A stretch of DNA of 64,000 nucleotides, taken from positions 62,001-126,000 of the forward strand of contig JAVECL010000004.1 of NCBI GenBank assembly GCA_051942245.1. Reading direction: 5' to 3'. The notes beneath the pieces are model-generated. The model was not told the origin of the DNA, searched no databases, and saw only the letters and a program-made list of their open reading frames with translations. Positions 50,459 to 63,260 of this stretch are shown here, piece by piece. The position numbers and the translations under genes were made by a program. This stretch comes from Trypethelium eluteriae (taxonomy: Eukaryota). Every line of letters begins with the position of its first letter. The first letter of the stretch is position 1.

Positions 50459-52487
50459 GGTTGAGGTTCTTTGATACGGCGGTACCGCGGGATGTGGCTT
50501 GACTCATATGGCCATTTCCTGGGAAGTAGGCCATTAATTGGCCCCTCCTGAAAGTCTGCCTTGAGTGGGGCTATCAAAGCCGATCATAATCAGTAGCGTT
50601 TGGCGATAACCGAACGCAGAATCAGATGAGGTTAGTGCATCGCAGATTGAGAATGAGACGATGATTCCAGATTTACTCTGAGCTCCGTACACAGGTTTAC
50701 GAAAAAGGTACGGAACAATTAGGTACTTGGTTCCGGAATGGAAAAGTAAAGGGCGAAATACACTATTGTGGGACGTAGAAATCATCAAACCCCTAAAAAG
50801 TTCTTCACTTACAAGGCTGGAGATGACAGCCGGATATAAAGAGCCTCACTCAATCTGCATAGAGCGACTGATCTCCCTTTTGCCTTGATGAGAAGCCTGC
50901 GGTAGTTTCCAGAACTTCTTGTAGGGTGTTCTTGAAACGTAGGATGGTGTTCTTGGCGTGTGCAGAGGGTGAATTTCTCTGCGCAGTCAAGAGCTAAGTG
51001 TACTAAGGTAGGCACGAAGAAGGCGGATACGATGTAATATCGTACAGTGCCGTACATCCTAATCCCAGCTCCACAGCCTCGGATCGCCTCAATTGACAAT
51101 CGCTCTCCGCCACGCCGGTAGCGAAGCTCCAGGACAGAGGGTTCCGGTCTCGCTAGAGATTGTCAAGCCAGGCACAGCAAGAGGCTCTGTCTATCTCTCA
51201 ACATGGCTATCACACTGTCCGTTCAAGAGACGATTTGACGGTGCGACGTTGAGCCTTTGTACCACACTGCAAGTGCAAAAAAACGCCCTTGGCTTGCTTG
51301 TTCCAGGCGCTCACTGGCACAATCGCACCATCCTTTTCCCCCTCCTCCAAGTGCCGAGCTTCAGGAGCGCTGGACTGTACGCTACTGTATGCGCTTGCCT
51401 ACCGCACCAATCCGGACAGCTTCTTGAGGGTCGGATGAGCCTGCCGATATGCAATTTCCTCGAACGGGTTCGGTTCACCGCGCTTCAGGATACATAAATT
51501 CGGGGGGTCTGCAGCATTTCCTCATCAAGGCCATCTTCGATCCATTCTGCGGAGATGACCGCTTTGGCGCGACCACTTTGGCTCACGGAACCGCCAAAGG
51601 TGTCAGACAAGACCAGTATGGCCCATGCGACCGATCGCACCTGGTTGAGGAAGGTACCAAGCAACAGGGAAATCATCTTTTGGTGCAGTCGCGCGTCTTT
51701 TACCGAGAGAAAGGGACTGGCCCCAACGCCTGCATAGGTAGTGGCATGAACCGGGACCATGGCCTGCACTTTATGGCCAACTAAGCTTAAGGAGTCGCAT
51801 ATGCCGGCAAAGTCTATGTACGATTTCAACCTCATAGACTGCATGCTGCATAATGGAGCGCATACGAAGATGCTGACGGATGTCGGTGAGCGAAGCTTAC
51901 AAGAAGTACAGAGTACAGGCATCAAGAGGCCGACTGAGCCTAGTGTGTGTAACAGAAGGAGAGGAGACATTGAATGGTAATTAGCATTAGGTCGCAATTA
52001 CAGATTCAATTAGGGCTCGCCATGACCGTAAAGGAAGGACAGCCATCTCGAAGACTCCCTACCACCGCGAGCAGCTGTACTGCATGGCCAGCTTTTGATT
52101 ACACTACCTCATGCGAGCCAAAGTCCGACTAACTGGCGATCCGTGAGCCATTTCACGACACCGCCATATCTCGACCAATCCATCTTCTCCGTCCTGCATT
52201 ATATTTGATGCAGCCTTTAAGACGTGGAACTGGAGCAAGCCAATCGCTTCCGCCGAAAGAAATGAGCAAGGTGCGCCGGTCGCTATGTCACAGCCGTGCC
52301 GCCAACGCCATGTATGGTGTCCCTGGCCTTCTCATCAAGCCATGAAAGAAAGAAAATGCAAAGTGCAGACTTGACGTGGCTATTCTTTTAGATAAGCCAA
52401 CCATCGGAAAGAAGCAAAGCGAAAACGCCATCCTTGGCCACCTTTGCGTCGCCCACGCGCGTTACGCCGTCCTGTCCTATTGTAACC

Positions 52488-55445
52488 TTACTTGAGCCCA
52501 TCCCCATGCTCCGTGTTCCCCTTTTTGGATATGGAAGATGATGCTCTCCTTTGCCCTTCCCTCGATCGCACTTCCTTTTCGTCCTCACTGGTCGGACTCG
52601 AGCTCCCGCTACCCATCCCATCTCCTACGACCCCGTCTCTTGATTCTTTCCGCAACCTTTCCGCCTTGTCTTTCAGGACTCGAGCTTCTTCGGCGGCCCG
52701 TTGCGCCCGTACCTGTTTCTTCCACATGGTTGCATAGCGGCCTTTTCTTGCGAGGAGCTGCTCATGATTGCCCTGTTCCGCAACCTTGCCTTCGTGTAGC
52801 ACAAGAATCTGATCAGCCATAGTAATTGTACTGAGGCGATGGGCAATGACCAGCATGGTTCGGCCTTCAGCAAGAGTGGTGAGTGCCTCCTGGATGTGTT
52901 CTTCAGTCTCAGTATCCAATGCTGCGGTGGCCTCATCAAGCAGGATAATACGCGGATTCTTGAGGATAGTGCGCGCAATGGCTACTCTTTGCTTTTCGCC
53001 TCCGGATAGACGCAGACCACGTTCCCCAACTTTGGTTTGATAGCCATCTGGAAAGCCAAGTATCTTCTCGTGTATGCTGGCAGCACGACATGCCTCATGT
53101 ACATCTTCTTCAGTTGCGCTGGGGTTTGCATATTTTAGATTGTACATGAGCGTTTCATTGAATAGGACGGTGTCCTGTGGAACCACACCGATGTGCCTTC
53201 GAAGGGATTCGATTGTCACGTCCTGAACATCCTCTCTATCCACGAGAATTCTTCCCGACTTTGCGTCGTAGAACCGAAAAAGAAGTCTGAAGACGGTTGA
53301 TTTGCCTCCCCCTGACTCACCGACTAGAGCCGTCGTTGTGCCGGGTGGGCAGTGAAATTCGAGGCCGGAAAGTGCTGGCTTTCGTTCATCGTACGCAAAT
53401 TGTACGTCTTGGAAGTGAATATCGCCCTCACAGGATGTCTTTTGTTGAGCTGTTGGGCTGTCGACAACCGTCGGCTCTTCCTTGAATAATTCCAACATTC
53501 GCTCCGAGTTGATCATGGCCGATTGAATCAAACGATAAAATGTACCAAAGAAGTTGAGTGGTCCTTGCAGTTGGGCAAAATATGTCAATAGCGACACGAA
53601 CTTGCCGACTCTTCGCTGACCCGAAGTGACTTGATATGCGGCGATAAAACACGCGACCATGAGGCCTACCATGAAAACCAAGTTCTGCGTCACATTCATC
53701 AAGTTGAGGGAGAACAGTACATGGTACTCGGCCCTCTGATATTTGCTAACCGCTTCTCGGTAACGATTGAATTCGTAATCTTCAGCGTTGAAGTACTTCA
53801 CCGTCTCATATGAAACCATGGAATCGTTCCTGATTCATGTCAATACTACTGAACTGTGAGCAGTTGGGTACTTTTGAAAGACTGACTTAACTGCATCCTC
53901 TTCTCTGTCGGCATTGACCATTTGACGACGTATCTCTGCACGCCATTGGGCCAGGCGAATTGTGAGATAAATATACCAGAAAGTCACGACGGCTACAACA
54001 AGGGCATAGTATGCATCGAATTCGATGAGAAAGTAAGCAATGGCCACGCCTAAATCGACGAGCATGGGGACCACCTGGAAAGTCACTTGTTCGAGGAATG
54101 TATTAATGGAATTGCCCTTTCCCAGAGCAGAGAGAACTTCACCAGTCTTTTTGCCCAGGTGAAAATCTAGACTCAACCCGTGAACATGTTCGAACGCCGC
54201 CACGGAAAGCTCACGGTACGAGTATTGGCTGATAGGAATCCATAGGGTAGACCGGAGAGCTCCGAGAAGTCCATTGCTTCCTTGAAGCAGTCGATAGAGG
54301 ATGTAAAGACAAATTGCATCCCAAGGCATACGCACTGGCCCATTTTCTCCCGAAAGGTCGTCGGTTATTACTCCGACTTGATAAGGCACCAGTACGTTGA
54401 TACCGCGCTGCAAAATAACAATGACGAAGCATATCACCACCAAGACCTGTAGTTTTCTATCCTTGGAAGGCCACAGATAGGGGAAAAACACCGAGTAACT
54501 CCGAAGGTATTCCCACCAACTCCGTGAAGGTGTGGAGGTTGGTCGACTCCATCCAGCTGGGGCCCCTTCATCATGCGCTTTCTTAGCAGGATGTGGCGCT
54601 GAGCCATAGCCATTCGCAGATCCATTCTCGGCGTGATGTTCGCTTAAAAGCCCTGTCGTCTCCTCAGGATCCTGTACCGAGCTATCTTTGGTCTTCCTCA
54701 TGCAGGAAACGAAGAGGATGTAAAAGCTTATGATCGCAAGTAGTAAGGTTATCCGTAGAATGTCAATTACGACCTCGGCGATCTCCCATTTCGTCATGTT
54801 CCATCTCAATGCTCCACCTCGCGGATTGCCAGCTACGGGTTCGTGATGTTCGCGCGTGTAAAGAGCCAATGAGGTCGCCAACAGAACGAGCTCCAGAAGT
54901 AAGGCCACACTCCAGGTAGCAAGATGCGCTACATTAGGCGAGGGTTTCCCATCGAGCAAAGAGATGACGAAGAGAGCGTATATGAAAAAGGACCCTATTA
55001 TGTATATCTAACATTGACAGATTAGCTTTTACCCGGATTGAATTTCGACAATGTCGCTGCGTACGGCGTCTGCTTGACCACACCACCACCGTTCTTTGCG
55101 CATGATGAGCGCGTGCGCGATGACATTGACGGCATTCGCAATGAAGGTACAAGCAGCGAAGACGGATAACCAGTCGAATACCAGTTTCTGAAAACGAGTG
55201 AGAGTTGGCACTTCCGTCGAGGCTCTGGGTTTGTTTTGGTTCCTCTGTGGGAGTGGTTTGCCGCCGGGACCCGTGCCAGTGGGTGTGGGTGAGGTAGTGG
55301 ACTGATCTTTTCCAGCCGTGAGCAAGCCATAAGCAGTGAATGCTGCAAGGAAAAACAGGAGGAGGAGGATGGGATAGGCATAGTGAAGGATCTTGAGGGT
55401 GCTCCGGGCGCCATGGTGAAGGGTCGAGGCGTCGACGAGGGCCAT
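52488..55445 (-). CDS. HMT1: ABCB half-transporter, heavy-metal tolerance factor (HMT1/ABCB6-like)
   Basis: N-terminal TM extension, HVHGLSLDFHLGKKTGEV, YETVKYFNAE, Walker A GESGGGKST, signature LSGGEKQR and Walker B IILLDEAT. Two introns. Confidence 0.92.
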
Positions 55446-56135
55446 GGCGGCGGGTTCTTACAGACAAGCAGTCGGGGGGAGGGGAGAAGTGGGGAGCAGT
55501 TGCACGAGCACGTCCTTTTGGATCATTATAAAGAGAAGGACATGATGGCGAGAGTGACGATGAGCGGGTACGCCACACTGCAGAGGTGAGGAAGTAGTCG
55601 GTATTACTAGTACTAGCAGGAAGCAAGACTAGCTGCTTAGCAAGTTAGCACTTAGGTACACAGTCGCGAGCGCATGAGGTGATGAGGTGGATGTACCGAG
55701 TCGTACTCCGTAGTGCATGTACTCAAGTAGGTAGTCGCGGTCGTGCACATGCAGGCCCACGGTCTGGACTAGAAGTCACTAGAGGGACTAGAGAAGCGCT
55801 ACTAATGCCGGTCGCGGGATTGGCCCGCGCTCCTGCGTGTGACTTCCATTTGGACTCCCGAATCAGCACCTGACCCTGCAGCTTGGTACTCAGTTCTGTA
55901 CATTTGAACGTTCCTTCCCACCTCAACCACCAAACAGGATTCTACTAGGCATCAGTCGCGTGTTCGCCGTGCCTTCCCCGACGCTTTCCGCCAGTTCCTT
56001 CTGCAGCCTGTGGCCCGTCGTCGCGCAACCACTGCGGATTTCACAGAGCATGTTGTCGCGCGCAGCTCATCACCGGCATCAGGCTGCTGCCCTAGTTTGC
56101 CAGATTCCTCCATCCTCGTCCTCACCCTCGTAACA

Positions 56136-59100
56136 ATGGCTGAGTATCCACGTCGCGCGTCCGCGGCTTCCCCCATTCCTCCAGCGCCGCCGCCACCGCC
56201 CTTTCCAGCGCGTCGCGCCGCTCCTCTCCGCTACAACAACGCCTTCACCAAGTTCATCATCCAACCATTCAATTACGCCGCCAGGCCCCCGAATGCGCCC
56301 GCTCAACACGATACCACCCGACCTCATACCAGCATACCCCGGATCGTAGGGTGAGTTCACCGTCGAAATCTGCCCAGACACAATCTCATGCTGAGCTTGG
56401 TCGAGACCACTTTCCTCCCAAAATGCCACCCACAGGACGGGGCTGGAGATTAGCGCTCTGGACATATCGCCCGCCGGTACACACGCCATCCTTGCCGGGC
56501 GTGAGATCCTCAAAACAATTCTCGTCGATGGAACTAAATGTGCTGAAGAATTCAATCTTCTGGCTACGATGCGACAGTATGCCTCTCACAATTCTGTCCG
56601 CTCCAGACCAAAAGACGCTTTGGATATTCACGACGTGAAGTGGTCACACGGCGGCTTCGATTCACTGATAGCGACAGCTGCTAGCAGTGGGAAGGTCGTC
56701 TTGTATGACATTAATCGGCCCGGCGTGGAGCTCGCCCGTCTTCATGAGCACCCTCGCCAAGTTCACAAGGTCGCCTTCAATCCCCATCATGGAGCGTTGC
56801 TACTTTCAGGTAGTCAGGATGGTACGACGAAACTTTGGGATATGCGTGATTTGAAGAGGGTGGTTGGCGTCTGTCCCAGCCAATACACTCACAATGGCCA
56901 GAGTGATGGAGTTCGGGATGTGAAGTGGTCGCCGACTGACGGGGTTGAGTTTGCCTTTGGCACGGATAGCGGCATCGTACAACGGTGGGACTACCGGCAG
57001 CCTAAGGCACCTAAGTTGAAGATCAATGCCCACAATAGAACGTGCCACGCAATTGATTGGCATCCGGACGGTACACATCTGGTAAGTGCTGGCTCGGATA
57101 AGACTCTGAGGGTGTGGAATTTCGCCTCTGTTGTTCGACGACAAAGACCTGCGTGGACGTTGCAAGCTCCATATCCTGTACTCCATGTCCGATGGAGGCC
57201 TCCCTGCAGGTCATCTGGAGATGAAGATACTCGTGCATGGCAGAGTACCCATCTCGTCACTTCATACGACCGTGATCATGCCGCTGTTCACGTTTGGGAT
57301 TTTCGAAGGCCGAACATCCCATTCCGCGAATTACTTCACTACAATGCTGCTCCTACTGATCTTCTTTGGCACTCGCAAGATCTGTTATGGACGGCAGGCC
57401 GCGAAGGTGTGTTTAACCAGACCGATATCAAGTTTGCACCGAAACCTACGGAACGGCGAAACCTGCAGGCCTTTGCAGTTGCTTCCCACGGTGAATTAAC
57501 CTGCGTATCCGGTGAAGCGCCCTTGAGAAAGAAGCCCGTCCTGGAGCCGGGTACGTCCGAAAGAGGTTTATCTAGTCATTCTCCAAAGGGACTTAGCCCG
57601 GAGAAAGGAAGCTTCGGACGTAGTTCAATCGATGATAGCATAGATGAAGGCTTCCTAAGCTCGTCCTTCAAGAAACGTCATACTCGATCTGGCAGCAACA
57701 GGTCTACTAAATCGCTCAGTAACACTCCGCCGTCTTATGATGAACTGCCAAAGATAAAGTCATTCGATGAGTCTCTGCCTCGAGAGCAACCTATCAGCCC
57801 GAATCAAATAGCTGCGAGATGTTTGACGGCTGTTAGCATACCGAATCCACTTCTATTTACATTACTTGCTCATACATACATTTCGTCTCTTTCTGAAGAC
57901 AGACATGACTATCTCGACCTGCATGCCATCTCCAAAGTGCTTGAAGGGAACTTCATACAAGCCAAACGCACCGGGCTGCACCGGGTCGCTCAGTCATTTA
58001 AAGTTCTACGCCAATTTCTAACCCAATTGCCAGCTGCTCTTGCTTTGGATAGCCCACGGACTCGCAAGGAAGTTCGTCTGCCCCATCAACTTGATACTTC
58101 ACCTTCCCCAATCCCGCCAGTCATGAAAGAGAACAGATTTCCGGCTAATAATCAACATCCAAGGTTTGCAGACACAAAGGACATCAACCCGGAGAATTCC
58201 TCCAATGTACCAACTCCACTGGCGAAACCGCTTTCTGACAGAGGACCAGCACATTCAGTCTCTGCAGCTGCACTTCCAGACCCAGACAAAGATGCCACTC
58301 TTGTTCTGCCTCCATCACTTGTTGAACCTGCCACAACAACTAGTATGTCGCCCTTGCAATCTGATGCCGACATAAACCACCGTTCTCCATCCAGGTCCAA
58401 CGATATGGAGTGGGCTAACCGAAACGATTCGGATGAGAGACCCAAGCTACTGCACGACTGGCAGAGGCAGCCAAAGACTTTGCTGAATCTCGAACCACCA
58501 CCTTCGAGTCAGGGTATATACATACCGCCTTCCCTTGATCGACACGATTCCAACGAAAGCTTCCCAATGTTTTCGGCTTCTACAGACTCTCATAAAAATT
58601 CTGTTCCGAGCTCGTCCTCCAGTGCTCGATCAAGAACTGATCTGAGCGCCGGTGCAAGAGGACAGCCGGACATATTAGCGGCAGCTGGTAGAGGGAGTTG
58701 CGACAGTCCCATTGTGGATAGTCAGATGCCGAGCTCTACGGATATTGTTGGGGATGACTCCTTTCAACCGTCTCCTTCGAATATGTCTGGAGTTGCCAAC
58801 CACGGCATGGGCACACACTCCAGTCCAAGACATGCGGTAGTCTTGAATAATGATGACCGTGAGCAGCCATCAAGTCTGACATCCATGAGTAGCTCTCCTG
58901 AAGAGTTGCGAAAGCAGCAAACTCAATCAAGGGCAATACCTCGAGCAGATGGCAGCTTACCAAGGCGGCAGAGTGTCATCCTCGCCCCTGATAGTAGCAA
59001 AGATCTCTATCCAAGCTATGATTCTCCCATGTCCGTCCCTGGTAATACTCGGTCACCTGTGATTAGTGCCCGTTTTCCTACCCAAGAAAGCCATTCTCCT

Positions 59101-60261
59101 AATTGCGCTGCGTCTTCACTTGGCAATTTCTCAAAGCTTCCGTCCAAATACTTTGTCTCTGGACCTCGGGAGTCTGATCCATCAGTTGCTGGTGTTATTC
59201 TGTCTCAGCTAATGTCTTATCATACAAATCAATGCCCTGACGCTCAGACGGCCACCCATATTCTCCTTCTCTTCACACCACTACTTTTAGAAAACATCTC
59301 AACTTCTAGCTCTGAGCAACAAACCTTCCGAGGAAATGCTGTCTATTCGAATGAATCCAGTACAGACCAATCCCAGGAGATGATTCACATGTACGAGAAG
59401 AAACTGGAACAAATCGGCATTTCACTTCTGCAAATGGAAAGCATCATGATCACATACCATGACCAACTTATATCCCTACGCCTTTACAATACAGCTACGC
59501 AACTCCGCCGCCTCTGTTTTCCTCTCTATCCCAGTCTTTACCAACAGTTCCAGGATCGGAAACAGATCGGACTTCTTTGCCAAATCTGCAAGAACCCTAT
59601 CAACTCTCTAAGCCAGGACAATATTTGCAGCCTCTGTAAGTCTCGTCAATCGTCCTGCCCCATTTGCTGGTGTGAATGCTCGCCATTCGAAGCTTCGACT
59701 ACCGTGGAAGACCGCACCAAACGCAGAGTTCGCGGCAGGAATACTAGCATCATCAGTGAACGGCACCACTCCGAATCCATTGTTCCGCCTTACACTTCTT
59801 CTCGTCGGGTCTCGCTCGCGAGATCATTTACGATGCACTTCACCACAATATCGTCGATAGTGTCTTTCCACTCATCCGATCTTGAACGTTCGTCCTCGGT
59901 CCAACTCAAATCGCAATCCGACGACTCTACAATACATTCGAGACTGCACACGTCGTGCACGCTCTGCAACCACTCATCGCACTCGTCTTGCCGTTATGCT
60001 TGGCTCACACGCATTTCTGACGGTGGATGCCCGACGCCCGGGTGTCTGTGCGACTGTGCTAGAGGCGGTTGGCGGGATGCTAAATCAGACTGGAGGGCAC
60101 AGCGAATGAGCAAGTCCAGTGGTGGAGTAGTGCGGGGGGACAGGTGGGGAGTGAAGGAGAGTAGGGCTGTGGCTATGGTGAGGGGCACGCTAGGTGCGGG
60201 CGGAAGTGCAAGAGGGGAAGAAGGAAGGCGGGTGAGGGTTGTGGATCCTGCTTTGGAGTAG
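56136..60261 (+). CDS. RTC1: SEA/GATOR2 complex WD40-RING subunit Rtc1/Sea2 (WDR24 orthologue)
   Basis: N-terminal WD40 repeats (LDISPAGTHAILAGREILK, LLLSGSQDGTTKLWD, VHVWDFRRPNIPF) and a C-terminal Zn/RING (CQIC...CPIC...CNHSSH...CPTPGCLCDC). First exon ATG at 56136, intron from 56351. Confidence 0.88.
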
Positions 60262-60545
60262 CTGGTCAGGTCACAAAAAGGGGAAAGGCAGATAGGTGCT
60301 GAAGAATTGTCGCATGAATTCGACCCTCACACGCTTTGAAGTGGGCTGAGTGGTAAACCAGTCATGTCGTCTGGGCTTCCAATTCAGCTCATCTTACCCA
60401 GAAAACGGGTAGCTGCAGACCATCCTCGTATAGACTGGTGTGTACTATCAGATAAATGCACTGTGGTACGATCCACTCGTGAACGCGTACGTGTAAACTG
60501 AACGCTCTACAATATATCCAAGAGCTAGACGACAGCTTTCTTTTC

Positions 60546-62002
60546 TCAGGCATATATGTAACAAAGAGGACCACCTATCGTGCTCAATGTATCCTTGATC
60601 CTAATCGGAGGTGCATTCACTCCCAAATCGATCAGGTCATCCTTGGTAGTGTTTCTGCTTGGAGGCACGTTGTTCAGTGTGATGGTCCCGCTCAAACTAT
60701 TATCTCCGAATGTACGCGGCTTAACGTCCTGATTCTGCCATGTCCAGAAGACACGATCAATCATCGCATGATGCAGGAAGAAGTACGGATCTGCGGGACT
60801 GGAGAAGAGATCGCCGCCTGGGTCACCACCGACAACGAAATGACCGGCTGTGTGGACTCCAAGGTAGTTCGATGACGCAAAGAAGTCGCCCTGCATGAAG
60901 GTCTGAAACCAGTATATATCGGCATTAGCGCTAATGAGAGATGAGACGTTGGCATCAGTAAGGAAGTGCGATGTGACGTATTGCGAAATGTCGCGGCGGA
61001 GGCAGCGCGGGTTATAGCCGAGTCCAGATTGCAGAGGATTGACGGGAGTGTCATTGTATGCTGGGGAGACAGGACCGAGGTTCACCGTCCAGCTAGAGAA
61101 GTTTCAGAACGGTGTTCATCAGACAATTATAGCGGGCTTCAAAGAATTATCCCAACATCCAGAACTTACTTGAAGGGTCCAGAGGTCACACACCCGCCAC
61201 CTTGTTGGGGAGGGAGAACAATCGATGGAGCAGCATTGCTAGGAATATTGACTTCACCTTCTTTCACGTATTTGCCGTTACCGCCGATGCTATAGTCGCT
61301 CCCGTCAAAGAGTGATGAGCCTAGGGGATCTTCTGAGTATCTAGCCCAATTCCAGTACTTGTTCAAATTAGCAATCAAGGCGTGACATTTGAAGACTTGA
61401 ACCATACTGGCTGGGAGCCCTGATAACCGCACTCATTCCGCAGAGCTTGCTCATAAGCCCAAGTAAAATATCGATGCCAAGTCAAGAAATTCCCCTAGGA
61501 AAACGAGGTCACAAGCGTGCTCCGAGAAGGGTGAGGTCATGTCACCTACCGTTCCGTGTATGGTCGTGGTTTGGTTTATGTGAACGGCGACAAAATCGTC
61601 ATATCTGTTTCTAGCACCGGGTGCGAAGTCTGGTGATGATTTGGATGGCTTCTTCGACATACATTGCACCGCAGCAATATACTCTTGCTTCTGATCATCA
61701 GAAAACGTACTCCTGTAGCGAAATCATCATTACTGATCAGCGTTACAGCTAGCAGATACGAAAAATCCATACCATTCACTCCGAACCCTGAGTTTTTCGA
61801 ATGTGCAGCTACGTGGATTGGGGAATCCGTTTTCAGCAGTGTACGCCACTAGATTTCCGAGGCCCGTATAAGCCAACAAATCAGTCTCAGTACTATTGGG
61901 ATCTTGCAGTCCCCAAGGCCAGCCCCATTGCTGCGTTGTCGGAGCTGCGGAGGTGAATGAGAGCAGCACTGTCACGGCTGCAGGGACGCCCCTGATGCGC
62001 AT
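60546..62002 (-). CDS. Secreted tyrosinase-like type-3 di-copper protein
   Basis: Signal peptide MRIRGVPAAVTVLLSFTSA, CuA region RYDDFVAVHINQTTTIHGT/GNFLTWHRYF, QP/YWNW, and CuB HTAGH...SPADPYFFLHHAMIDR. Four introns. Confidence 0.92.
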
Positions 62003-62745
62003 GCCGAAGTTTAGTCGAAGAGAAATGACAAGGTCGGAGAAGAAATGCAGGATGCGAAACGCTACCATTAACGGTCAACCCACAGTCTTTACCGTAACAC
62101 GACAATTGCCCCCCTTAATATTCTGGCTTCGGTGTTCTGCGGTAGCAGGTGCAAATTCAGAGCTTATCGAAGGTTATTACACCCACGTCCTGGCATATCT
62201 AACCCATATATACGCCGTACATGGGGTTAATTGGGCCTGATCGCGAACATGCGACCCAGGCCATGGCGATTGTGACAAAGGTATTACGGGCTGCGTCGGT
62301 AGTTGTACAGGCATCCTAGGCGGACAACGGCTGGTAATGCGAGCTGCAAGGTTGGTGAGCACACCCTCGAGGAAGCGGCACGTTCTAGATAATTAATTAT
62401 GCCTCATTAAGACAAGAAGCTCGAGCCAAGCTGCACGGCTGACCAGACCGGACTATTCCTTGCCAGAAAGTCGCTCAGCTGAGATCAACTTGTTCTAGAG
62501 TACGGACTACGGAGTTCAAGACAGAGAAAGCAGATGCCACACTTTTTCGCTGCTTTCAGCCTTCCTCGACTTATTTTCTCTGTGCGCGGTAGAGTAGTGC
62601 GCGGTTAAGACACGATCCGCCGAAACCCCCGCGTAACGTCAAGATTCACGAACCTCACCAAATTTAGCAGGGAAGTTACAATTTTACTATTTCAAATATG
62701 GGGCTGTTTGGATGTTAAGCTTGGTCTAGAGATCTCTGCTTTAAT

Positions 62746-62945
62746 CTCTGCGTAGGGTTCACCTCTCTGTAGGTCTTCGCTCTCTGCATAAGCGTCTCAT
62801 CTCTACATAGTCGTCTTATCTTTGCCTAGGTCTTGCACCTCTGCCTGGGTCTCGTACCTCTCTATGTAAGTAGGCCTCGTACCTCTACGTAAGTAGATCT
62901 TGTATCTCTATATAGGTAGGTCTTGTGCCTCTACCTAGGTCTCTT
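62746..62945 (-). repeat. Degenerate minisatellite arm (~10 units, 17-25 bp), reverse orientation
   Basis: Units such as CTCTGCCTGGGTCTCGTAC and CTCTACCTAGGTCTC resemble the reverse complement of the GAGACCTACGCAGAGAG unit of the right arm. Confidence 0.8.
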
Positions 62946-62956
62946 ATCTTGATATA

Positions 62957-63260
62957 GCGAGATCTACGCAAAGAGGCGAAACCCGCACAGAGAGGCGAGA
63001 CCTACGCAAAGAGGTGAGACCTGCGTAGAGAGGCGAATCCTACGTAGAGAGGTGAGACCTGCGCAGAGAGGTGAGACTTGAGCAGAGAGGCGAGACTTGG
63101 GCAGAGAGGTGGGACCTGTATAGAAAAGCGAGACCTACACAGAGAGGCGGGACCTACCTTCACAGAGAGGCGAGACCTTCACAGAGAGGCGAGACCTACA
63201 GAGGCAAGACCTGCGTAGAGATGAGAGGTCTACACGAAAAAGCGAGATCCACATGGAGAT
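62957..63260 (+). repeat. 19-bp minisatellite, 16 units, consensus GCGAGACCTACGCAGAGAG
   Basis: Units read directly: GCGAGATCTACGCAAAGAG, GCGAAACCCGCACAGAGAG, GCGAGACCTACGCAAAGAG, GTGAGACCTGCGTAGAGAG and so on. Two units differ in length (23 and 15 bp). Confidence 0.93.

Noticed and set aside
50534..51997. Several 100-170 aa ORFs on both strands between the methyltransferase and HMT1
   Set aside because: They have mostly non-ATG starts, no motifs and no consistent splice structure.
4709..59860. Numerous antisense or overlapping ORFs in the track (e.g. 4709-5371, 13467-13997, 17318-17839, 42345-42995)
   Set aside because: These are shadow frames of real genes with no independent motifs.
45216..62002. 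ADH + methyltransferase + ABC transporter + tyrosinase as a secondary-metabolite cluster
   Set aside because: There is no backbone enzyme (PKS/NRPS/terpene cyclase) in the window, and the genes are interspersed with housekeeping genes (HMT1, RTC1).
62957..63260. CRISPR-like appearance of the regular repeats, and the 63-aa ORF 63071-63262
   Set aside because: The units are contiguous with no unique spacers, the context is eukaryotic with no cas genes, and the ORF is simply translated minisatellite.
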